Assembly: GCA_965207075.1 (NCBI GenBank) | Contig: CBDBLO010000002.1 | Span: 1,120,001 to 1,184,000, forward strand | Source of the DNA: Nitrosopumilus sp. | Lineage (GTDB): Archaea; Thermoproteota; Nitrososphaeria; Nitrososphaerales; Nitrosopumilaceae | Reading direction: 5' to 3' | DNA: 64,000 nt | Part shown: one piece after another, positions 44,599 through 54,428 of the stretch | Layout: each line of letters opens with the position of its first letter | Numbering within the stretch: position 1 is the stretch's first letter | The notes under the pieces: model-generated | What the model was told of the DNA's origin: nothing | Database searches by the model: none | What the model saw: the letters and a program-made list of their open reading frames with translations, nothing else | Program-made: the position numbers and the translations under genes

Positions 44599-47547
44599 TC
44601 AGGCCGCCGCGTCAGTCCTGCCAAACTGCGGCTCCGCTACAATCTGCCTGTATAGCCAGCCTATGTCGTCATCTTTGACGCCGAGTATCTTCATGATGCC
44701 GCGATCAATTTTCTGACGCACTGGATCCTCATCAAGACGGTTTACCATGAGCAGTTCGTCGTCACATGTCTCGTCAAACAGTCTGTCAAACTCGATGATC
44801 TGTCTTTTTGACAGCCTGTCAAAATCAAGCACCGGCAGGGTGCGAAACACATTCACGCCCATCCTGCCTCTGCCTAGCTGCTGCTCTCCAGAATACATCC
44901 GGTATGTTAGTACGCCGAACACTGAGTTAAACCACACAACAAACGCCTTCTCGTATGCGGGATTACTCAGTATGACGTTCGTCCATGCGCTGCCCCCCAC
45001 GTGTTTTTTCCTAGTATATGCAGCCACAAGTCGCTGGGATGTATACCTGAGTTGGGCGTTCAGGTACACATGGGTTGCCGTATCAAGCACACTCTGTACA
45101 TGTTCAGGTGTCGCGTCATGTTTCTTTTCAAGGGTTAGGTTTGGTCTCACTACCATGCAACGTTGAGTAGTGCTGTCATTTGACCAAAGCGCCTTGTACT
45201 TGGACGCGTTACGCAGTAATACCTTGTTGAACGGACCGCGTGGAGTCCCATCTGCCTTGGAACCCCATATGTCGAGATGGTGTTTCCCCACAGATGCCTG
45301 CTCGGTAAGTGTCGAGATTGGAATGCCATCGATGCGGCCGTGCGTCATGTTGTACAGGTATGACAGAAGCCTCGTGTCGTATACGCGCCCGACCCACCAT
45401 CTCGCGCCTTCCGCGGGGCAGTCAAGCATCTTACCAATTACCGACTCCCCGAGCCTGACTGACGTGTCGCCCATGTCGATCTCCAGCGAGTTGGGCGTGG
45501 TATCCCGTATGGCCCTTGCGGCCTCCAGTGCCTCCAGGTTCGTGTGGGGCAGCCTGTCAAGCAATACCAGTTTGATACGCGCAACGGTGTCCTTTGCAGG
45601 TATCTTCCTAGCGGCCGGCATCTTGCGGCCTATCAAGAGCACTTCGTTCATCGAGGTGTCCGATGAATAGGTTCTCATGCCTGATGTCCCACTCCCTGCA
45701 CCAACAGTATTGACGGCGCCTCCTTCATTGCGTGGTTTCAGTCCTGCGTCAGTGACTTCCTCCGCGTTGGCGTCCGCAGAACTACTGACAAACACGACCA
45801 TCAGGTCCTCGTAGTACCTGCTCAACAGCGCCCGGACGTCCTTCCAAGAGTCACCGGCAGTCACGGTCGCGGGCAGGATGATTCCAAACGTACCGCCCGC
45901 CTTCAGTGTGCGGTTCGTGATGGCCATAAAGTACGACCCCAGTCCAGCGTTGCCGTGCGCGCAAGTGCTGTTGAATATCTCCTTGTTATGCCTTCCCATC
46001 TTCAGCTGCATGTCCGGGAGTATGCCAAACACGGCAAACGGCGGCACGGGGTCGGCGCGCCCACCGCCGTGGTTCGTGGCGCGAACGTACGGCGGGTTCA
46101 TAAGCACGTGATCGCACGACCCGTCGTTTATGGTGGCCTCCCTCGTCGAGCCGAGTCCCCGTCTGCCGCCGTGCCTGTATCCTGCTACCGTGAACTTTGC
46201 GTTGCTGCGTATGAGATCAAGCGAGCCCAAGTCGGGCTCGTCTCTACCTCCCCGCTTCTCCTTCTTCTCGCCTATGGGCATCTGGTATATCCTCATGTCA
46301 TCGCAGTTGGCCTGCGGGAGCAGTCCCGACAGGTTGGACGCCGTGAGGTGTGTTGCCGTGGGTAGTATGTCGAAGCCGTACACGGACTCCTCGAGCATGT
46401 GCTTGTGCGTCAGGTGATCGTACTTGCCTGACGTACTGTTCATGACATGCCTCACGGCGGCGGTCAGCAGCATGCCCGTCCCACACGCAAAGTCCGCGAT
46501 GCGAATGGACTCCAGATTCTCGGGCTCGCGCCACAGGGGATCATCGGCGCCCGGCATGACGAGCCCGGCAAGCAACGTGGCTGCCTCCGGCCTCGTGTAG
46601 AACGCGGCCGCCCTCTTGCGGTCCGAACCGAGCATGTTCTGGTATAGCGCGCCATACACGTCTCCTGACTTCGACACGCCGAGCGCCGTTATCTGCGAGA
46701 CGGACCTCTGCATCTCGTCAAGCACCCTGGCGGCGGTCGCCGCCGGCAGTATCTGCAGTATGGAGACGGCGTTGTCAAATATCGGCGCATAGTCTATGTC
46801 CAGTATCTTCTCCCACGCCTCAATGACTGTGGATTGGTCGAGTACGATGCTCTTGAGCTTCTGCAGCGGCTGCACGTCGTCCTGCCTGTGCCTTGCAAGC
46901 TCCTCGTGGAACACTCCGGCATTCAGTACGATGAGCGCGGCCATGTCTAGGCTTTGCTCGTGTGTGGAATTGGGCTGTCCGATAAACCCAACTATCTCCT
47001 CCCGCGCCCCGCCTTCCAGTTCAGTCTGCAGCATGTATGATATTCTTGAGATGCTGGCCTGCATGAGTTTTATGCACTTGTTTATCTTCTCGGTAGGTAC
47101 GGACACCTGCCTCACGGCAGTCATGACGTCGTGCAGAGATCCCGTAAGGTTTTCCTTCGCGGGAAAGCGCCTGGTACCCTCTGATGACGACCGCGTGCCG
47201 TCGTACACGACGTAATATTCCAGCTCCGTGTCGTACTCGTCAATCTCCTCCAAGCCCTTGGGCAGCACGACGCCCATTATGGCGTCGGGCCTGCCCATCC
47301 CCTCGAGTTGCACTCCCAGCCTGCTTTCCACGTCTCCGTCGAGGCTGGACGCGGGTTTGAACTCGGTCTCTATGATTACTACTCCACCGTCATCAGTCCT
47401 CACGATTACGTCTGGAGCCCGCCCGCTTTTCCCGACTACCGTCTGCGTGTTCTGGGCGACCACGTGCCAGGCGGGGTTCCTGGCGCGCAACATGTCGCGT
47501 ATCTGGAAGTTTATGTCAGTCTCGGGAACCCTTCCTGCGCCATGCAT
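44599..47547 (-). CDS. Fused restriction-modification enzyme (type IIG/IIL-like; N6-adenine MTase, gamma class)
   Basis: N-terminal PDV...IIETE nuclease; AFYT, IADFACGTG, MNPPY; C-terminal TRD-like region. Confidence 0.88.
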   Translation of the reverse strand: MHGAGRVPETDINFQIRDMLRARNPAWHVVAQNTQTVVGKSGRAPDVIVRTDDGGVVIIETEFKPASSLDGDVESRLGVQLEGMGRPDAIMGVVLPKGLEEIDEYDTELEYYVVYDGTRSSSEGTRRFPAKENLTGSLHDVMTAVRQVSVPTEKINKCIKLMQASISRISYMLQTELEGGAREEIVGFIGQPNSTHEQSLDMAALIVLNAGVFHEELARHRQDDVQPLQKLKSIVLDQSTVIEAWEKILDIDYAPIFDNAVSILQILPAATAARVLDEMQRSVSQITALGVSKSGDVYGALYQNMLGSDRKRAAAFYTRPEAATLLAGLVMPGADDPLWREPENLESIRIADFACGTGMLLTAAVRHVMNSTSGKYDHLTHKHMLEESVYGFDILPTATHLTASNLSGLLPQANCDDMRIYQMPIGEKKEKRGGRDEPDLGSLDLIRSNAKFTVAGYRHGGRRGLGSTREATINDGSCDHVLMNPPYVRATNHGGGRADPVPPFAVFGILPDMQLKMGRHNKEIFNSTCAHGNAGLGSYFMAITNRTLKAGGTFGIILPATVTAGDSWKDVRALLSRYYEDLMVVFVSSSADANAEEVTDAGLKPRNEGGAVNTVGAGSGTSGMRTYSSDTSMNEVLLIGRKMPAARKIPAKDTVARIKLVLLDRLPHTNLEALEAARAIRDTTPNSLEIDMGDTSVRLGESVIGKMLDCPAEGARWWVGRVYDTRLLSYLYNMTHGRIDGIPISTLTEQASVGKHHLDIWGSKADGTPRGPFNKVLLRNASKYKALWSNDSTTQRCMVVRPNLTLEKKHDATPEHVQSVLDTATHVYLNAQLRYTSQRLVAAYTRKKHVGGSAWTNVILSNPAYEKAFVVWFNSVFGVLTYRMYSGEQQLGRGRMGVNVFRTLPVLDFDRLSKRQIIEFDRLFDETCDDELLMVNRLDEDPVRQKIDRGIMKILGVKDDDIGWLYRQIVAEPQFGRTDAAA

Positions 47548-47622
47548 GGCGCCTGCTCACGATGTGTGGTTAAAAGCAGCGCCACGTCTGGTAAAGTCCG
47601 AAGCCCGTGAATCCGACAGACA

Positions 47623-47754
47623 TCATGCGTTTTCACACACGCCGCACCTAGAAGCTCCGTTGGTCAGGCAGAGGTCGCACCTGGGCTCGTTGCACCTGCC
47701 GCAGAACTGCGTGTCGCAATCACTGCATATCATCTCGTTGCACGTATCGCACAT
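47623..47754 (-). CDS. 43-aa 5xCxxC microprotein (not in ORF track)
   Basis: MCDTCNEMICSDCDTQFCGRCNEPRCDLCLTNGASRCGVCENA; may be 5'-truncated. Confidence 0.55.
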   Translation of the reverse strand: MCDTCNEMICSDCDTQFCGRCNEPRCDLCLTNGASRCGVCENA

Positions 47755-47811
47755 GTGCACCGTGTCCGATTCCCGGTCGCAGGAGCGGCTTCACGCGGCC
47801 TGACGGTTAGT

Positions 47812-48840
47812 TCAGGACGCGGCATCTGCCTTCTTGGCCGCGTCGCGCGCATGCCTTGCGCACTCCTTTGCGAGCCCGACGCTGTCGGGAACAATCCTGA
47901 CTTTCTTCCCGGCATCCCTGAAATAATAGGTTGACCGGACTACGCGGTCATCTGGAAAGTCGTGCCCCGGGTCAGACAGGAACTCAAAGTCGCCATAGTC
48001 CTTGTTCTTGTACGCTTGAACTATGGCGAACCTGGTGCCGCCAGCGTGGAACGTGCACGTGGCGCCCTTCGCCGATATTTTCCCGGGACATCCCAGTTCG
48101 CCCACCACGTACGAAACCACGTCGTCTATTGCTTTTTTCATCCCCGCATCGTAGTGCCTCATGTAGTAGTCCCACTTGCTGAACGCGCCGCCGCCCTGCC
48201 TTTCCTCGTCCGCGTCAGTATGCACGGCCCGTATTCTTTTTTGGACGTCTTCGCCGCCGCCGTCTCCGCCCTCGTTGCCGTCACTGAAGAACTCCACGCT
48301 GACGCACCTTATCTTGAGCCCGTTCTGGCCAAGGTACGTGCATACGTCGTCCGTTCTCTGATCGATTCCCTCGCCCACGACGTACAGCCTCTGGCCGGGG
48401 TTGAACGTCTGGGGGGCCGCGCCAAACTTGTTTTCCATCGCGGTGCGCAGGTCAGGGTGGCCATCCGGCGTCCTGCCTATCTTGCCGTACTTTTCTTCGT
48501 CCTTGCCGTCATTCTCGGCGAGCCTGCTGTACGCCTCGTTGAGTCCATCACTACTTACGTCCCTCGCCCACACCGCATAACGGAGAATCTGCGACACGAC
48601 ATCTACCTTGGCATCCCTTCTCTTCACCTCGATGACCACGACGTTCCCGTCTCTGTCAATCCCGAGCAGGTCTATTCTTCCCATGATGCCTGTATCGAAC
48701 TGCCTACCCGCGATCATGATGTCCTTTTCGACCACGTCTGGGTGCCTGTGGATAAAGTCCTCGATGTCCTCTTCCAGCGGCATGGGCAGCCTCGCGTACT
48801 CTGTTATTTCTCCGTTGTCGTCGTGCTTGTAGAGTCCCAC
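47812..48840 (-). CDS. NucS/EndoMS-like PD-(D/E)xK endonuclease with C-terminal DUF5655-like domain
   Basis: LEEDIEDFI..HP, GRQ, GRIDLLGID..G..VVIEVKR, QILRYA; start GTG ~48840 inferred. Confidence 0.8.
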   Translation of the reverse strand: MGLYKHDDNGEITEYARLPMPLEEDIEDFIHRHPDVVEKDIMIAGRQFDTGIMGRIDLLGIDRDGNVVVIEVKRRDAKVDVVSQILRYAVWARDVSSDGLNEAYSRLAENDGKDEEKYGKIGRTPDGHPDLRTAMENKFGAAPQTFNPGQRLYVVGEGIDQRTDDVCTYLGQNGLKIRCVSVEFFSDGNEGGDGGGEDVQKRIRAVHTDADEERQGGGAFSKWDYYMRHYDAGMKKAIDDVVSYVVGELGCPGKISAKGATCTFHAGGTRFAIVQAYKNKDYGDFEFLSDPGHDFPDDRVVRSTYYFRDAGKKVRIVPDSVGLAKECARHARDAAKKADAAS

Positions 48841-49099
48841 GGCTGGATGGTGCCGCACGGATGCTATTAGTCTTGGGCTCCTCGAATACTTTCCTTTTAA
48901 CCGGACTCGTTCATACGCGACATGAACTGCAAGTCCTGCGGCAGGGAACTGCGCGACGGCCCGGAGCGCATGGTCAACGTGCTGACCGGGAAGCCTGTGC
49001 CGTTCTGCAACGAACTGTGCAGCGAGGCGTACCACGGGTAGTCCCGGGCGCCCCTGGACGGGCGACATGATTTTAAGACGCACCGCGTTGTACCTAGTG

Positions 49100-49381
49100 A
49101 TGCCGGCAGACGACAGCAGCGACTCGCCGACCAGTGAGGATTTTCGTAGACATCTGGAGGCGGTCATAGACGACGCCCGGAGCAAGGGCATGTCCTCCGT
49201 GACCGTGCAGGCCGGCGAGTTTCACAGGATGGTGGGGGGTTATACTAACAGGGGCAACCACAGGATGCGCGCATGCTGCCGCGTGATGAAGGGCAGGATG
49301 CGGGAGGGCGACCGGATACTGTTAAGCCCGCAGAGCGGGTACGGGGCGTCCCTGCTCATACTCTACATGCTGGAGGGGTAG
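49100..49381 (+). CDS. Small conserved protein (AG..HR.VGGY...NHRM..CC.VM family, often nuclease-associated)
   Basis: Motif recognised; TTTTAA 22 nt upstream. Confidence 0.7.
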   Translation: MPADDSSDSPTSEDFRRHLEAVIDDARSKGMSSVTVQAGEFHRMVGGYTNRGNHRMRACCRVMKGRMREGDRILLSPQSGYGASLLILYMLEG

Positions 49382-49420
49382 ACATGCCGGCAGCTGCACG
49401 GGTGTTGAGCGGAATGTGTG

Positions 49421-49488
49421 CTTCAATCTCAATGATACTTCGATCCAGATGATACTTCAATCCAGATTGAACTTCAATCCGGATTTAA
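49421..49488. repeat. Four tandem 17-bp imperfect dyad repeats (CTTCAATCCAGATTGAA type)
   Basis: cttcaatctcaatgata / cttcgatccagatgata / cttcaatccagattgaa / cttcaatccggatttaa. Confidence 0.8.
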
Positions 49489-49989
49489 TGTGCTGTTCCT
49501 GCCGGCGGGGCCGGGCTGGGCGCGCCATAACGTCCTGAGTTTCTCATGAAACGCGTAATCAGCATTCGTGGCGGCCCTTTCGGCCATGTCGGCGGCGTCC
49601 TCTATGGCAAAATGCATGGCAACTTTGGCATATTCGGCCTCTTTGGCGGCGGCCTCGGCGGCCCTTGCGGCGGCCCTTGCCGTCTCTTCGGTCTCGGCAA
49701 CCTCTACTGCGACCTCGGCGTCCTCGGCGGCCTTTGCGGCCCTTGCTGCCAGCGCGGCGGCCCCGGCGGCCACCACGGGGGCCCCGGCGGCCCTTACGGC
49801 TCCCCTTACGGACTCTATGGAGGCGCTTGCAGCCTTTATGTCGTCGTCGGCATGCTTGAAGTCCATGAAGTCCCTTGCGATCTTTACGGCGGTCCTTATG
49901 GCCTCTTCAGTCCCGGCGTCCCTGCCGGCCGCTACGGTGGGTTCTCCGGCTGCGACAGTCCTTGCGGCCCCGATAGCGTCATGTGTCAT
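49474..49989 (-). CDS. Ala-rich helical protein
   Basis: AARAA repeats; TTTTAT 22 nt upstream. Confidence 0.55.
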   Translation of the reverse strand: MTHDAIGAARTVAAGEPTVAAGRDAGTEEAIRTAVKIARDFMDFKHADDDIKAASASIESVRGAVRAAGAPVVAAGAAALAARAAKAAEDAEVAVEVAETEETARAAARAAEAAAKEAEYAKVAMHFAIEDAADMAERAATNADYAFHEKLRTLWRAQPGPAGRNSTLNPD

Positions 49990-50156
49990 GCCCGTGGTTA
50001 GCCTGGTCGGGATAAAACATTTTTTGGTACTCGCTCCAGTCCCGCCCGATCTGCCGCCGGAGGATCAGTCCGTCCCGCCGTAGTGCTCTAACGCGGCGCC
50101 CCACCGGCAACAAATCCCGACGGATCCCTTATACCATCTCACACGAGACGTGTCTT

Positions 50157-50630
50157 GTGGACAAGAACAGTCTAGGCGCTGTCCTCATGCTCGACACGAA
50201 CATCATCATGGACGTGTGCGACGACGGCGAGTTTGCACAGCACGTCAGGCAGTGCGTCGGGACCGGGCAGCACGAGATCGTAATCAGTTCCAGCGTCATC
50301 AAGGAGCTTGAGCGGCACGGGCTGGGCATGCAGGTCATGCCCGCCATACTGCGTACAAGGCTCGGAATCCAGACGATCACGTACGACGAGGTGTCCGAGG
50401 TGGAGCGCAGGGTGTCAAAACTGCTCGAGAAAAGGCATGATTTGTTGCACCGCGGGGACAGTGAGATCCTGTCGTTTGCCTACGCCCGGGGGTTCGTACT
50501 GGTAACGTGCGACAACGGGCTGACTGCGGTCGCCAGGGACGTGGGCGTCAAATGTATCAACCCCTGTACGAAGGGGAGGCGGGCGAGGAGGCGGCGCAGG
50601 GCAGGGCGGTCAAGTCCACCGCCCGCTTGA
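50157..50630 (+). CDS. PIN-domain ribonuclease (VapC-like)
   Basis: LDTNII, VIKEL, GDSEI, LVTCD acidic tetrad. Confidence 0.85.
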   Translation: MDKNSLGAVLMLDTNIIMDVCDDGEFAQHVRQCVGTGQHEIVISSSVIKELERHGLGMQVMPAILRTRLGIQTITYDEVSEVERRVSKLLEKRHDLLHRGDSEILSFAYARGFVLVTCDNGLTAVARDVGVKCINPCTKGRRARRRRRAGRSSPPPA

Positions 50631-50868
50631 CGGATTATGCACCCCATGTCTGAAACTCAGCGAGCTTTGACAGACGGCGCACACAAAACCAAGATATACA
50701 CGCCGCACACCCCACCGAGTCATGAGACTGGTGTTTGGGCTCGGTAGTGTTGCCGTGGCGTTCTTTTTGGGAATGTTCGTCTGTTCAGTTTTTGGACGGC
50801 CGTAGAATCGGGAAGATGTGTACGACTGTACGTAAAGCGGAACTGGATTCGATTGTTGAAACCACGAC

Positions 50869-51135
50869 CTATCTGATGGAGAAATCCCATGGGTCTTTTC
50901 TGTCGGCGCGCCTAAAGCCAAAGTCGCGTTTTTCCTCGCGGCACATGCATCCGTCGCTTTTCCCCGTCCTGTTCTTGCAACCGCCGCAGACCAAGCACGG
51001 GCGCCTGCATGACCTTTGCCCGCAACCCCCACAGAACCTGGCCTCTATTCCGCAACGACGGCACCACATGTTGACCAAGCGGGACAGTACACCACCTGCA
51101 CGGCAGAACAGGCAAAACTTCCAGTCCTTTAACAT
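50869..51135 (-). CDS. Cys-rich protein
   Basis: CLFC, CRRC, CGGC, CLVC, CMC. Confidence 0.55.
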   Translation of the reverse strand: MLKDWKFCLFCRAGGVLSRLVNMWCRRCGIEARFCGGCGQRSCRRPCLVCGGCKNRTGKSDGCMCREEKRDFGFRRADRKDPWDFSIR

Positions 51136-51173
51136 GAAGATTGTGGTATGGATAGTGTTTAGACCCGTGGAGT

Positions 51174-52166
51174 TTACGACCGGGACTTGTGATACTCGTC
51201 GAGCCAAGCGGCGACCATGTGGGCGAGCCGGCGCCTGTACTTGTGGTTGAGGCGGTTGTATGCCGGGTCCGGCGGGAAGACTTCGGGGCGATCATGTTCC
51301 TCGGCCAGCTTGTACAACATAGTATGCGAATCAAACCCATCAGGCAGTTTACCACCACGGCGCTGCGGATGCGCCAATATGTTCCTGACCGACCGAAGGA
51401 CGTCCAAGGCCGCAAACAGCAAGTGGACATCAACGGAATCCATGTCGCATCCGTCTTGGCTAATTTTTTTCCCAAGCTTTTCAAACCTAGTCTTGGCACC
51501 CATGTCTGACATGCCGCCGGGGATGATCCCGGCGCAGAGCCATTCGAGCTGTTCAAGAATAAAGGTATGCTCGCCACTCAGCGTGAACAAATCATTGCGC
51601 CTCAGCATGTGGGTGTGTAGCATGCAGGTGGCCAGCAGGTAAAAGTCACGGCCTGCACGGTGTGGGGGGTATGCGAAACGTTCGTCTGCCGGCTGTGGTT
51701 CGTTCCATGAATCTGTATCTGTCCTATACCACAGCATGTCCCAGTAGGGAGTTATTGAAAACCAGCCCGTCGAGAAGCCGTCCCCCAGCCACCGCGTGCC
51801 CACCACGGAGCGCAAGATGTACCGGTCAGACAACGTACTGGCGGAATCGGATCCGACCACAATCACGTCGGTGTCGCGTCCGGCCCGGAGCAATTCGGCA
51901 CTGTCTGACAACGGAGCCTCGGTCTGCAGGCAGTGATACCCGAAGCGATCCATGAACGCGACAAGGCGTTGCATCTGTCTGTACGCGGCGCCTGTGGTGT
52001 CGGTCGTGAGGTGCAGGACATTAATGCAGCCCGCCTCGCTTTGCGGATCGAGCCTGTGGATAAACCCGTACATCTTGGACGCAAAACCCGCAAGGTGCCT
52101 GTGGTGCTCCACGTGGTTCAGCACAGGCCCGAACCTCGGTATTCCATCAGTGATCTGCGATACCAT
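51174..52166 (-). CDS. Hypothetical protein (C-terminal R..RN..AH, HEPN-like)
   Basis: Long ORF; LRSVRNILAH resembles RxxxxH; start uncertain. Confidence 0.5.
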   Translation of the reverse strand: MVSQITDGIPRFGPVLNHVEHHRHLAGFASKMYGFIHRLDPQSEAGCINVLHLTTDTTGAAYRQMQRLVAFMDRFGYHCLQTEAPLSDSAELLRAGRDTDVIVVGSDSASTLSDRYILRSVVGTRWLGDGFSTGWFSITPYWDMLWYRTDTDSWNEPQPADERFAYPPHRAGRDFYLLATCMLHTHMLRRNDLFTLSGEHTFILEQLEWLCAGIIPGGMSDMGAKTRFEKLGKKISQDGCDMDSVDVHLLFAALDVLRSVRNILAHPQRRGGKLPDGFDSHTMLYKLAEEHDRPEVFPPDPAYNRLNHKYRRRLAHMVAAWLDEYHKSRS

Positions 52167-52219
52167 GCAGTGACGGACTCCGCCCGCATAAAAATGAAAT
52201 AATAAAAAAAGAAGAGGCC

Positions 52220-52912
52220 CTACTGCGGCGACAGTATCTTGGTCTGCGAGTACTCTCCGCCACCCAGGATGGTCGCCCTTACCTCGACCTGGTATTCCTG
52301 GCCGATGCCGAGGCGGACCGCCTTGCCGTCGTTTGTACCCGCGCCCGTAGTGAGGGTGCTGTCCAGTGCGGCGGTAGCCGAGGTTACGGTTGTTGTCGGG
52401 GTCGCACCACCCGGATTGCACCTGTATGCGTTTTGCTCCGGAGTCGTAGTGCTGGACGTGTACCCGCAGTTCTCGTTGGCGTCCGCGATGATCCTCTGGT
52501 TCACCGTGGATGAGACGCCGGAGTTTATGGTGCTGGGGGTGAGCTGCACAACGAAGATCTCATCGGCGTCGTTCAACGTGGCCCCGCTTGCATCACTCGG
52601 GTTGCCATTGAACCTGACGATGATCTGGGCGTTGACGATGTCCGTGTTGCCGGCGTTCTTCACCATGCCCGTGATGTACGACTGCGTGCCGGTGTTCTGG
52701 ATTGCCAGCCGCTTGATCTCCACCGCGTCCAGCACAAGTCCGGTCTGCACGATGTCCGTCGTCGTGGTGGCCAGTATGCCGCCTATCGAGACCACTATTC
52801 CGATGAGAATAATGGTAACGATCATGCCGCTGATGGCCTGCCTCTTCTGTGGTTTGCTGTCTGTAGGAGCCGCCTTGAGGACGGCTGCCTGCTTTGCATT
52901 ATCAGCTGTCAT
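52220..52912 (-). CDS. Archaeal type IV pilin/archaellin-like protein
   Basis: Class III signal KRQA/ISGMIVTIILIGIVV; VKNAGN..I; G.EY.V.V.A; TTTTATA 21 nt upstream. Confidence 0.85.
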   Translation of the reverse strand: MTADNAKQAAVLKAAPTDSKPQKRQAISGMIVTIILIGIVVSIGGILATTTTDIVQTGLVLDAVEIKRLAIQNTGTQSYITGMVKNAGNTDIVNAQIIVRFNGNPSDASGATLNDADEIFVVQLTPSTINSGVSSTVNQRIIADANENCGYTSSTTTPEQNAYRCNPGGATPTTTVTSATAALDSTLTTGAGTNDGKAVRLGIGQEYQVEVRATILGGGEYSQTKILSPQ

Positions 52913-52968
52913 TGCTCGCACCAACATCATATGTATAAAAGGGCAGATTTTTTCGTGATTTTTTCCGA

Positions 52969-53289
52969 TCACTGTGGTACATCCGGCGACCGCTGGTCGC
53001 AGCACCTTATGCTCCACTCTATGGGGCGCTTCCTGCCCCCGGCGACCTCCTCGCGCCACAGTTTGTCAGCCTCCCGCCTGTCCCTGCAGTAGTAGTATTC
53101 AGGCTCTGCCTTGCCCACTTTCAGGGGAATGTCGTCCGCGGTGAAGCGGATGAGCCGCAAGGAGTAGCAGGACGTGGCGTGTATGCGGCTGTGCGTGCGC
53201 TGTTTTTTACGTATGAGTATGAACCCGTCCTCTTCCATGGCGTCGTGCAGCTTCCTGCTCGTGGTCAACCTGCGGGGCAACATATGCAC
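52969..53289 (-). CDS. Hypothetical protein
   Basis: ORF with TTAAAT upstream. Confidence 0.45.
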   Translation of the reverse strand: MHMLPRRLTTSRKLHDAMEEDGFILIRKKQRTHSRIHATSCYSLRLIRFTADDIPLKVGKAEPEYYYCRDRREADKLWREEVAGGRKRPIEWSIRCCDQRSPDVPQ

Positions 53290-53334
53290 CCGCAGGGGTT
53301 GGATTTAAGGCACTGAATATAAGGCCGCACGTGC

Positions 53335-53658
53335 CTATGCGTTCTCATCGGCGTCAGCGCCCAGCAGGAGCCGGCGCATCACCGGCACGAGCCTGTTGAA
53401 CAGCCCCGACCTCTCGGCCAACTCATACGGCGGCCCCACTATCTCTGGGTCGCCGTGTTTGAACCTGTTGGTCCACGGCACGAGTTGTATCCTGCTGTCG
53501 GGGATGCTGTCTTTCAGCACGGGCGGCAGCTCGTTGAACGTGAATATCAGGGTGCAGAAGGGGCTGTACGCTATGGGCTTCCTATACCTGGGCTTGCACG
53601 TGATGGGTTCGCCGTCAAGCGGTGACTCGATCAGGCATGTCAGTTTTAGGACTCCCAC
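53335..53658 (-). other. Stand-alone diverged fragment of the SF3 helicase domain (small ORF or remnant)
   Basis: ITCKPRYRK...TLIFTFNELPPVL...IQLVPW...ERSGLFNRLVPVMRRLL aligns with the C-terminal part of 54951-57263. Confidence 0.8.
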
Positions 53659-53756
53659 GCCCCGCAAACCCCGCACCTGCACACTACGGCACCTACCAAC
53701 CCGTTGTAGGACGCCTTGATCAGGCGGGCAGGATGGTCGCACGTCCCGGGATGCAT
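53646..53756 (-). CDS. 36-aa CxH...CxxC microprotein (not in ORF track)
   Basis: MHPGTCDHPARLIKASYNGLVGAVVCRCGVCGAWES; TGATG coupling. Confidence 0.55.
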   Translation of the reverse strand: MHPGTCDHPARLIKASYNGLVGAVVCRCGVCGAWES

Positions 53757-54253
53757 CAGGCCCCGGTCTCCTTTGCGCATATGAAGACTGTGCACCAGTC
53801 GACGGACGACCAGCTGTCAAACGCTATCATTACGCCACATACAAACAACAAGACGGCAAGGGCGCCGGGGATGGCTGACCACAGGACGCGGCTGCGCGCC
53901 GTCTCATGGTCTTCTACAATGCGGCCCAACACTACCGAGGCGCCGCACAGGATTGAACCAAGTATAAGCGGCATTCCGATGAACCAGTCGTCTTGAAACG
54001 CGCCGGCGGCAACCGCCAAGGACGCGTTAATGGCAATCACGAGAACCAGCAGGGAGCCAAGAACGGCAAACACGGAGCAGCCTGCCGCCAACCAGCGTCT
54101 GCCGAGACTGACGCTACCGCCGCCTGCACGCGCCTTGCGGTACAGCCCGGCAAAGTAATATGCCATGTCATACATGGCGGCAGCCGCCGCTGTCCCAAAG
54201 GCGGCAGTGACAAACTGGGTGGCGGTTAGCGGAATCAACGTGTCAGTCGTCAT
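53756..54253 (-). CDS. Four-TM membrane protein
   Basis: Hydrophobic segments. Confidence 0.65.
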   Translation of the reverse strand: MTTDTLIPLTATQFVTAAFGTAAAAAMYDMAYYFAGLYRKARAGGGSVSLGRRWLAAGCSVFAVLGSLLVLVIAINASLAVAAGAFQDDWFIGMPLILGSILCGASVVLGRIVEDHETARSRVLWSAIPGALAVLLFVCGVMIAFDSWSSVDWCTVFICAKETGA

Positions 54254-54428
54254 GCCGCTACGCCCCCGCCGTCTGAAGCAACCTCAAAGTCGCCGCCTGC
54301 AATATACTCCTGCTCCTGCCTGATGCGGTTAGACACCGACTCGAACCTAGCCAGTCACCCCTCCTTTGCCCTGCGCCGCCGGTTGCCATGGGACACCAAC
54401 ACGTCGGTCTGCATAAAAGGCGCTGGCG

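Noticed and set aside
48841-49191. N-terminal extension of the NucS-like ORF
   Set aside because: Overlaps the opposite-strand 49100 gene and its promoter; does not look protein-like.
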